Shown piece after piece: positions 13,001 to 22,903 of a stretch of DNA of 64,000 bases (its first letter is position 1; the number at the start of each line of letters is the position of its first letter). The notes under the pieces are model-generated. The model did no database searches, was not told the DNA's origin, and worked only from the letters and a program-made list of their open reading frames with translations. Source of the stretch: Cyanophora paradoxa CCMP329. Taxonomy: Eukaryota; Plantae; Glaucophyta. Location of the stretch: positions 62,001 through 126,000 of the forward strand of contig QPMI01000434.1 of assembly GCA_004431415.1 (NCBI GenBank), in the 5' to 3' direction. A program made the position numbers and the translations under genes.

Positions 13001-14053
13001 CTGCCCGCTGATGCCCCTCCCCGCCCCAGACTGGCTCATCGGCTTCCAAAACACGGGGGAGAAGTTCTGGACCTTCGCCCTCGTCATCATCCTCATGAGC
13101 AACTGGTCCGCGTCGCGCCGAGCCCGCCGCCCCGTCCCCGCTCCCGGCCCTCACCCGCCCGCCCCGCAGCGGCCACGCCCTCGGCATCTGCGTCGCCGCC
13201 GTCGCCGGAGAGTTCGAGGTGCCGCCGGCGCGGCCCAGCGCCCCGCGTGCGCTCAGCAGCGTGCCCCCGCAGGTCGCCCTCGTGGTGACGCCGACCCTCA
13301 TCATGCCCCTCATGATCTTCTCCGGGTTCTTCGTCGTGCGCACGTCCACCGCGCCCTTCGAGGGTTGCACGACATCCATCGGCTCACCTGCCGGGGGCAC
13401 GTGCGCCGCAGAACAACGGCGGCATCCCGGTCTACTTCGACTGGATCAAGTACATCTCGTGCGCCGATCCGATCAATGCAGCCCGACGCGATGCGACGCG
13501 GTGGGATGGGAGGGCCGACACGCGGGGCGCAGGCCGATGAAGTACGGGTTCGAGGTGCTGGTGAAGAACGAGTACACCGGCCTCGAGGGCCTCACCTGCG
13601 ACCCCGCCAAGGTCAGATCAGATCAAATCAGACCGGACCTGATCCTGTCCCCGCCCCGCGCCCCCCTCCTCCTCGCCGCTCGATCTCGACCCCGGCGGGG
13701 CTGGCAGGGGGCATGCCTCTCGCGGACGGGGCGGGGCGAGGAGATCATCACCGCCCTCGGCATGGACGACGTGCGGCCCCCGCCCCGCGGGCCCCGTAGA
13801 CGAGCACGCGACCCAGAGCTCCCCGCGCTGGGATGGGGTGGGAGGGCTCCAGGGGGGATGCCTGAGCCCCGGGCGCGCCCCGGGGCGGCCTGGCGGGCCT
13901 AACGAAAGGGGTGCGGGGCAGGGGATCACGATCGGGGCGTGCCTGGCGATCCTCGTGGGCATGTACGGCTTCCTCGTCCTCCTCGCCTACCTCGCCCTCC
14001 TCAAGTCCACCGCCGCCGGGCCCGGCAAGGCCCCCCGGCCCCCGGGGCACTGA
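10053..14053 (+). CDS. ABCG (White-family) half transporter, NBD-TMD order, more than 25 exons
   Basis: Walker A GASGAGKTT, signature ISGGERKR, Walker B LFLDEPTSGLD, H-loop TLHQPS, GFPCPTFTNPADH, EKAVFRRE, FSGFF...IPVYFDWIKYISPMKYGFE. Confidence 0.95.
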
Positions 14054-14572
14054 CTGCCACCCCGCCCCACGCACCCAGCAGCCAGGCAGGCGGGCGAGTT
14101 AGATGGCTATAGCTAGCTAGCTCAGCGTTCGACCAGGGATTCAGATGGCCGACAGGTAGGCAGGTAGGGAGCAGGCTAGGTTGTGAGAGGCAGGAGCCGG
14201 CCCGCGGGACGGGGCCCCCCGACCGTCGGGCGCCCCGCTCTGCCATGGCGTCGATCGCGGCCGTTGATTGCAGGGGCCCCGCACACTACCGTGCGCGTGC
14301 CGCAGTGCCACGGTGCCCCGCGGCGTGCAGCACACGTACGCGTCAGTCAAGATTCATGATGCAGTTATTTGATTTGATTATTTGGTTCGAGAATGAAGAA
14401 GCTTCAGCAACGTTAACAGTCCGTCGGGCTCTCAGAGTCTGAGAGTGAGCCGGGACCCGAGTCCGACGGTCCCTCATGATCAGCCTGGCAGGGCCGGCCC
14501 GGCCGGGGGCCTTGGAAACTCATGATCAAGCTCTTAGCCTTTCAAGTTTCAAGGCCACACGGCGTGAACAGA

Positions 14573-14615
14573 TCACTGAGTCATCTGATCTAGATCCTAG
14601 AGGGTGACTCAGTGA
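14573..14615. repeat. 11-bp inverted repeat TCACTGAGTCA-N21-TGACTCAGTGA; the same 11-mer recurs at 32791 and 49970
   Basis: Read directly. All copies lie between convergent genes. Confidence 0.8.
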
Positions 14616-14705
14616 CCCGGTGGTTTGAAATGTTACGACTGCAGACTGGAATCCCCCCCGCAGGAGCGCTGCGGCGGGGGCGGGGCTCCGAGGCTCGGGG
14701 GCCGG

Positions 14706-16058
14706 CTAGGGCTTGGGGGCGGCCTGGAGGTCGGCGACGGTGGGGCCGAGGAGGGCGACGAGGTCGGAGCGGGCGAGGCGGACGAGCATGCCCCGCGCGC
14801 CCCCGTTGATCACAACGTCCCCCTGCCCCCGCACCAGAGGCCCCCGCTCGGCGGGGTCCCAGCGGGGGAGGGGGAGGGGGCGGGGCCGGCACCTCGAGGG
14901 GCTCCACGAACTCGTCCGTCATCACCGACGCCTCCAGCACTGGCCCCGCCCCGCCCCGTCCCCGCCCCGTCAGCGAGAGAGCGCGCGGCCGCGGCGGCAG
15001 CGCCGCGCAAGCGCTCGGGGGCGCACCGACGGGGAGGGCGGTTTTGCTGCCGAAGGGCGAGGTGCCGCCGACCTGCGCGCACGGCCGTGAGCGCCGCTCG
15101 CCGGGGGAGCCGGATGCGACCGCGGCTCCGTCCCTCCGCGGCCGAAGGAGGGGAGGGGGCCCACGGGGAGCCCCGAGGGCCGAGGGGCGAGCTCGGGGCG
15201 CACCATGTACCCCGTGACCTCGTGCGAGCGGTCCACGTTCGTCATGCGGGCCCCCTTGGCCCGCATCACCTGGCCAGGAGCCGAGGCAGGAGGCGGATCG
15301 CATGTGAGGTCGGAGAGGCGGGCGCGGGAGGGGCCGGGGCGCGGGGAGCCGGGCACGCACGGCGGCGAGCTTCTTCATGTCCACCGCCCCGTCGCCCGGC
15401 ATGAGGACGAAGATCTGAGGCGCGCCCCCGCCGCGCCCGCTCATTCGCCCCAGGCGGCTGCCGAGGCGCGCGTCCATGCCGCGCACCTGCTGCTTCTCCT
15501 TACTCTTCAGCTCAATGTCTACGACGAGCGTCTGCGCGGGCACGCGTCAATGACTAAGCGGCGGCCGCGGAGGGCCGGGCCGGGCCGCGCCTTCAGCGTC
15601 TGTCGCGTCGGCATGCCAGTGCGCTTCGCCGCCTCCTCCGCGCCTTTGATCTGCGCGCGCGGCCGGCGATCGGAATCGGCGCTCGGCCTGCGCGGTGCCA
15701 CGGGCGCGCGCTGGCAGCAGCGGCCGGCAAACCTCGTAGTTATACGGCAGCGGCGTGTGCCTGCCGGCGAAGACCGGTTTGCGAGCGATCAGCAGACAAC
15801 TAGTACTCGCGGCCACGCCGGCCGCGACTGGCTGGCCGCTCATTGCTTGCGCAGCGCTCCGAGGGGCTTCCCAAGCTCGCATTTGATTGTAGCTAACGAT
15901 GCTATGCGAACGCCGCGCACAGCACGCGCGCGCGAGGCGCCGCGGCTGGGCGCGCGCCGGCACGCGCACCTGATGCCCTTCTCGCGCAGGAACGTGAGAC
16001 CCGGCGTATCTGACGTATCTGAAGGCGGCGCGCCTGCCTCCTGTTGTTCGGACGCCAT
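14706..16058 (-). CDS. ybaK: YbaK/EbsC-family aminoacyl-tRNA deacylase (Cys-tRNA(Pro) editing type)
   Basis: Spliced: TPGLTFLREKGI...YNYE...EEAAKRTG...TLKTLVV...FVLMPGDGAVDMKKLAA...VTGYMVGGTSPFGSK...VINGGARGMLVRL. Confidence 0.88.
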
Positions 16059-16102
16059 CGCGGTGCAGATGCGACGAGAGCACTATACCCCCACCACGTT
16101 CG

Positions 16103-19100
16103 ATGCAGCTGAGCGCAGCGCTGCGCCTGCGGGCGCCGCAGCCTTGCTGCAAGGCTGCAGCTACGGTGGCAAGACAGTCGGCCCGGGCCGCACAAGCAGC
16201 CGTGCCGCTTGGTCGTGCTGGGCAGGCTGCGGGCGCGTACCAGCTACAGTCCAGCGCGGCGAGGTTGATACAAAACGATGGCTTGCGGTGCCGTTTCCGG
16301 GCCTCTCGAGCTCTCAGCTCGGCCGCTAAGGTCCGCGCGCCGCCCGCCCGCCCCGCGCGCTGCCGGCCGCGAGCTGCGCGAGCGCAGGATGATGGAAGGA
16401 AGCCGCGCGAGAGCATGCGCAACGTCGCGTGCGCTCCCCGCCCGGCTGTGCCCTCCCCGTGCCCGACGCCGCTCACGAACCGCCACCCGCTACCCGGCCC
16501 CGGCGCGCAGCATCATAGCGCACGTGCGTTGCCGCTTCGAGGCACCCCAGGAGCTCGAATCGAGCTGAAAGCGGGCGGCAGGTCGACCACGGGAAGACGA
16601 CGCTTGTGGACCGGCTCCTGAAGCTCGCGGGGGAGGCCTTCGCGGGGGAGCGCGTCATGTGCGCGCCCCTCCCGCCCCGCCTTCGTCATGGCATCGAACT
16701 CACCTTGCGACCGGTGTCTCCGCAGGGACTCGGTGCCCCGGCCCCGCCCGCCAGCCGCCCCCGCGCCCGCTCCGCGCCCGGCCGGCTGAGCGCGCCGCGC
16801 CGCAGAACAAGCTGGAGCAGGAGCGGGGTATCACGATCCTCGCGAAGACGACCTCGGTGCAGTGGACGCACCCCTCGGGGCAGGAGTACCACATCAATAT
16901 CGTCGACACCCCGGGGCGCGCGCGCGCAGGCCCCCCCCGCGCCGGGGCCGCCTTGACGGGGGCGGGGCGGCAGGCACGCGGACTTTGGGGGAGAGGTGGA
17001 GCGGACGCTGTCGATGGTGGACGGGGTGGTGCTGGTGGTGGACGCCAGCGAGGGGCCCCAGATCCAGACCAAGTTCGTCCTCTCCAAGGCCCTCGCCCAG
17101 GTCCCCCGCCCGGCCCCGCAGCCCCGCCCCCGCAGCCCCCGCCCGACCCCGACCCCAGGGCCTCCGCCCCATCGTCGTCCTCAACAAGGCCCGCCCGCCC
17201 CGCCCGCGCCACGCCCCGCGCGCCGGGCCGGGCCCGCCCTCTGAGCTTCGGGCGCAGGTGGACCGGGCGACTGCGCGCATCCGCGAGGTCGAGAACGAGG
17301 CGCGCACGCGCCCCGGCTGCTTCGTGCCTCCCGTGGCGCCTGCCTGACGGGGCCGGGGGGCCAGATCTTCGACCTGTTCGTGTCGCTGGGGGCGAGCGAC
17401 GCGCAGCTCGACTTCCCCATCCTCTACGCCTCCGCCAAGGAGGGTGCGCCGGGGCGAGGCGCGCGCAGCCCCGGGGCGAGGGCGGGCCGCTCACGGGCGG
17501 GCCGGGGGCGCGCAGGCTGGGCGGTGCGGGACCCCGACCACCCGCGCGGGGACATGAGCCCCGTCCTCGAGGCCGTCGTCGCACACGGTACCCCCCCTTC
17601 CCCCTTCGCGTCGCCGCCCCCGCGGAGGCGTCACTGGGCTGGGGCGCAGTGCCGGCGCCGCGGGTGGACGCGGAGGCGCCGGCGGCGATGCTCGTCTCCA
17701 TGCTCGACCACGACAAGATCTTCGGCCGGCGCGCACGCCACCCCGCCCCGAGCCCCGCCCCGCCTCCCGCTCACCTCGGATGGACGTGGACGGGGGCGGC
17801 AGGATCCTGACGGGGCGCATCTACGCGGGGACCTTCCGCATCGGGGCGCGCCTCATCGGTCTCACTGTCGCCGGCGAGCGCGCCGAGGAGAGTGCGCACC
17901 GCCCGCCCTCCCGCCCCCTCTGCTCGCGGCCCCGGGGCGGCTGCTGAGCGGGGCCGGGGCGGGGCAGGCAAGGTGCTGAAGATGTTCGCGCGGCGCGGCA
18001 TGGAGCGCATCTACGTCGACGAGGCCGGTGCGCGCCCCGTCGCTCGCTCGCTCGCCTGCCGCCTCGGCCCGGGCCCCACGCCGCGGGCAGGGGCGGGGGA
18101 CATCATCTCCATCGCCGGCTTCTCGAAGACGACGGTGACGGACACGCTCTGCGACCCCGCCGTGGCGGCCCCGATCGCCGCCGCCCCGATCGACCCCCCG
18201 ACCCTCTCGATCTGCATCGGGCCCAACGACAGCCCGCTCTCGGGGAAGGAGGGGAAGCAGCTGACGTCGGCCATGATCCGCGAGCGCCTCCAGAAGGAGG
18301 CCGAGTCCAACATCGCCATCGCCCTCTCCGAGGGGTCCGCCCCGGGCCCCGAGACACTCCCCACCCCCGCCCGCCGCTCCCGCTGAGCGCGCCACCGGCC
18401 CCTCCCGCGGCAGGCCGGACCGGGACACGCTGGAGGTGGCGGGGCGGGGCGAGCTGCAGCTGGGCATCCTCCTCGAGAACCTGCGCCGCGAAGGCTTCGA
18501 GGTCACGGTGCGCGCCCCCTCCCCACCAGCGAGGGCGGCGCGGGGGGCCAGGCGGAGGCTGGGGCGCCGTCCCTCCTCTCCCGCCCCCGCCCCGCCGAGC
18601 GCGGCCTCCTTAGCTCGGCTCGCCCTCCTGCGAGACCGGGGTGGGGGCCAGCGTGCCGCCCCGCGCTGCTTGCTCCCTGCCTCGGGCCCCCTCCGAGGCG
18701 GCGCGCCGCGCGCAGGTGTCGCCGCCCAAGGTGGTGTTCCGGACGGGGGAGGGCGGGGAGAGGCAGGAGCCCATCGAGGAGGTCCACATGGAGGTCCCCG
18801 ACGAGGCCCGTCCCCTGCCCCCGCCTCCCCCCTCCCCGGCCCTCCCGCCCGCGCCCCCTCCCGAGCCCCCCCTCGGGCAGGTGGCCGGCCTGATGATCGA
18901 GGCGATGAACCTCCGGAAGGGCGAGATGAAGGACATGAAGCGCGTACCCCCCCCCCCCGCTCCCATCGGCCCCCGCCCCGCCCCCCGCTGAGCGCGCCCC
19001 GGCCCCCGCAGGCCCCTGGGGAACGGGAGGACGCGGATGGAGTTCGAGGTGCCGTCGCGCGGCCTCATCGGCTTCCAGTCGCTCTTCAACACGATGACGG

Positions 19101-19928
19101 GGGGCGACGGCGTCTGCAACCGGGCCTTCGCCCGCTACGAGGCCTTCAGGGTGCCCCTCCCCGCCCCCCCCGCCCCCCCGCCCGCCTGCTGAGGGCGGGG
19201 CAGGGCTCGATGGATCGCGTGCGGAAGGGCGTGCTGATCAGCATGGACGAGGGCGTCGCGACGACATACGCCCTCGGCCCGCCCCGCCCCGCGCCCCTCC
19301 CCCCTCGCCCGCCTTGTCCTCGCCCTGAGGCGGGGCGGGGCAGACATGCTGCAGCCGCGGGGCGTCCTCTTCATCGGGCCCCAGGCCAAGGTCTACTCTG
19401 GCATGATCATCGGCGAGCACAGGCGAGCCGCCCGTCATCACCCGCCCCCCGCCCCGCCGCCCCGCCGCGCCCCTGCAGCCTGCCGTTCGCCGCTCCCTCA
19501 CGTCGGGCGTGCAGCCGGGAGAACGACCTGGAGGTGAACCCGACGAAGGAGAAGAAGCTCACGAACGTGCGCTCCGTTGGGCACGAGGACATGGTGCGCA
19601 TGCGCTGCTTTGCGCGCCCCAGTGCCCCCGCCCAGCCGGGGCTCCCGCGACGCCCGTCCGCGCCCGCCAGGTCCGCCTCACGCCGCCCCGCCAAATCTCC
19701 CTCGAGTACGCCATCGGCTACTGCAACGGTCCGCCCGCGCCGCTCCCCGAGGCCCCGGCCCCGAGGCCCCGGCCCCGAGGCCCCGGCCCCCACTCACCTC
19801 GCAGCGGGGCCCCCGCAGAGGACGAGATGATCGAGATCACGCCGCAGAGCATCCGCCTGCGCAAGCGGCATCTCGACCCCAACAAGAGGAAGGCCCTCGA
19901 GCGCGCCCGCGCCGCCCAGTCCTCCTAG
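16103..19928 (+). CDS. typA: TypA/BipA translational GTPase with N-terminal organellar (probably mitochondrial) presequence
   Basis: [118 protein letters not shown]-terminus is Arg/Ala/Ser-rich and poor in acidic residues. Confidence 0.96.
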
Positions 19929-20417
19929 GCCTATAGCTAGTTAAAGTACTTTACTAAGTTAGCTTAGTAGAACATTGCATGCGCAAGGCTCCTGCCTGAA
20001 GCGGACACGGCCGGGGGCGTGCCGCAGGCAAGTCCGACGCCGATGGCTAGATAAGCCGAGATCTAGATGAGCACCAGCGCTAGCGTTTCACGGCGCGAAA
20101 CGATGTCGACAAACCAATTTGGGGTACAAACGCGGGCAGGGGGTACTGCTCCGCTAGGTCGCACCGCGCAAGGAGCAGGCCAGGGCAGCCACGAGCTTCT
20201 TCGTGCTCCTTCCCGGCTTCAAATTCGCCCGCGCCGGCACCGTTCAACAGCCCGCGCGGTACCTAATTGAAGACTCCGAGCCAAGAGACCCTCGGGCGAC
20301 TTTGGGCCGGCTCGCTCGTTTTTAGGCCGGCCTGAACTTGTGCGGCCGGCGGCAAAGTGCCCGCGTGGTAGAAAGCGCGTGCCAGGATTAGCGGGGTCGA
20401 CCAACTCTTGGTTGAAG

Positions 20418-22604
20418 ATGGCCGCAAGGGGAAAAGTGAGCCGCTTTCTTGAACCTCTCCTGTGCCTACATTCTGGGCCGCATTGCGCGGCCCGCCGCTG
20501 ACCTTCTTGCTCGCTCGGAAGGGCGGTTTCGCCTTTGAGATCGGAGGTGTGCCTCACGCGCTACTCTTTTGTTGGTACGGCTAGGTCTAAACTCTGCTTT
20601 GCTTCCCAGGCACGTCGCTTGGAGGGGACTCCGTTCCGCACGTCCCCGTCTCGACAGGCAAACCCCCTGCGAAGCCCGCCGGATCAAAGCCCCTGGCACC
20701 CGCCCCACCTATGCGAAAGCCATGTGCGTTCGTTTTCGCGCTGGAGCCGCGCGGGGCGCGGGCTACCTGGAGTGCGCCGCCTGACGCGCCACGCAGCCGA
20801 TGATGGCTCGGCCGTTCAGCCGAGAAAACACTCCGGTGCAGGGGTGCCTGTGGCTCCTGCATCCACCGGCGCTCTTCCGAACGGCGGCGCTCCCTCTTCG
20901 GCCAATAGCCGAGTCCGCCAGAAGCTTCCCGAGAGAGTGAGCGCCCTGCCGTCCCGCCGACCCTTTCCCTTTCTTTTTTTCTCATTGGGCTGTGTCCACC
21001 CAACAGCCAGCGAACTCGGGGCAGCTCACACCGACGAGCCAGAACGGCGGGAACGTGCCCCCAATACGCATGGCACGGAGCGAGGCAAGCAGCCCTCGCC
21101 CCGACGTCATGGACAACGTGCGCCCCCCCTCCCCTGCCCGCGGGCCCTCCTCCCGCCTTCTTCTCTGAAGGGACTGCGCAGGGCCCGGCGACGACCTCGC
21201 GGAAGGCGCGGATCAACTTCGGCGGCGTGCAGGAGCGCGAGTTCTCGCGGGAGGACCGTGCGCCCCGCCCCGCCGCCCCCGCCGCTCCCGCTGCCGCGCG
21301 AATCCGACGCCGGTCTCGCCGCAGCCGACGCACCGAAGTCGGTGAAAGAGATGGTGGAGGCGCGCAGGCGGGCCAAGGAGGAGGCCTCGCGCATCGACTT
21401 CGAGGCGCGCCGAGCCCTCCTCCCCGCGCGCCCCCGCCCTCTTCCTCTCCTTCCTCTGAGCGGGGCGCAGGACGCGGTGAAGCCGCTCTTCGACGAGATC
21501 CTGAATACGGGCCAGATCGAGAAGGAGACTGTCGGCGCCCTCCAGGAGTGGCTCGACCAGTGCGCCCTGCCGGCGCCCGCCTCGCCGGCCCCGCGGCCGG
21601 CCCCCGCGCCGCCCCCTCCTCGCCTCTGACGGCGCGCCGCTCCGCGCAGGTACTCGGCGACGCTGCCGCAGGAGCAGCGGCAGGTGGTCACGCAGTCTCT
21701 GGACCACATGTTCGACAAGACCAAGGTCGAGCTGGCGTCGCAAACGAACAAGGAGGCGGAGCGGGCGCAGCGGCTCTACTCGGAGGTCAAGAAGTCGATC
21801 GAGGACGAGGTCAAGGTGATCCGGGAGAAGCTCGACGGCGGCTCCTTCAAGAAGAACATCGCCAAGCTGACGGCGAGCAGCAAGGACCACGAGATCCAGC
21901 GCCTCGGGGAGCAGCTGGAGGAGATGCGGGGGCGCCTGGTGAGCCTCGAGAAGACCTGGCGCGACGCCGACGATGCCTCCAAGAAGCAGATGGAGGACCT
22001 CGTCAAGGAGCGGGACCAGCTCAAGGCCGACCTCGCCAAGGCCACGCCCACCGCCTCCCAGATCCTCCAGCCGCCCAAGACCGCCGGCGGCAGCAGCGCC
22101 GCCGCCGCCGGCACCGCCGCCTCCTCCCAGCAGGTCGAGCAGTACGAGAAGCAGGCCCGCCCCGCTCCGCCTTCCCGCCCAGCTCTTCTCCTTTCCTCTT
22201 CCTCGTGCTGACCCGCCCCGTGCGCGCAGATCAAGCAGCTGACGCTTCAGAACGAGATGCTGATGAAGATTGTGCAGGAGATGCGGCAGCACAGGGTGCG
22301 CGCGGCCCTGCTGGCCCCTGCGCCCCGGCTCCGGCTGAGGGCTCGCGGGGCGGCAGGCGGCGCGCGAGAAGGGCGCCCACGAGGACCACGACGACGAGGA
22401 GGCTGGCTCCAAGGTTCCCTCCTTCCCGCCCCCGCCTCCGCCCCCCGCCCCCCGCCTGAACCCCCGCAGCAGACCCCGAGCCGGCCGGGCCTGGCCGTCT
22501 CGCGCTCGCAGCGCGTGCAGCAGCGCGCTGTGGCCGGCCCGAAGCGGAGCCAGGTCCTCGCCAGCCTCCCCACCTCGCTCCAGAAGTCCCCCTACCTCGT
22601 ATAA
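20418..22604 (+). CDS. Uncharacterised protein: disordered N-half and long coiled coil
   Basis: Consistent exon chain from MAARGK|GGFAFEIG through KARINFGGV and a coiled-coil exon at about 21650-22154 (HEIQRLGEQLEEMRGRLVSLEK) to KSPYLV* at 22602-22604. Confidence 0.7.
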
Positions 22605-22903
22605 TACCGACCCGCGGCGCCGGGGCTGCCGCCCGCGCCGCCCGCGCCCCCGCACGGAGGCCGGCTCCTGAACTAGACGCGAGCCCGCCCCCACGCCCCT
22701 CCAGCCCAGTGACTTCTTTTTCGCCGCCCTGTTAAGGCCTCTTACCGGCCCCTTTGTATGCAGGCGTTCGTACATATATGCTATGCGCTAGTGCTTCTGA
22801 AACGCCAACGGTGTGCTACTGTACCCCGGCCGCGGGTGGTGGCACCGTGGTGCTAACAATCGAGCTTGCGGGCCGGGCCGCGCGCGGGTTTGATCTAGGC
22901 AAA

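Noticed and set aside
19745-19792. Short tandem repeats (ccgaggccccggc x3; ccccg arrays at about 24073-24160) as CRISPR-like or mobile elements
   Set aside because: No unique spacers. They are simple intronic microsatellites.
14706-19928. Bacterial contamination or operon (ybaK, typA)
   Set aside because: Both genes have many spliceosomal introns with the same signals as their neighbours.
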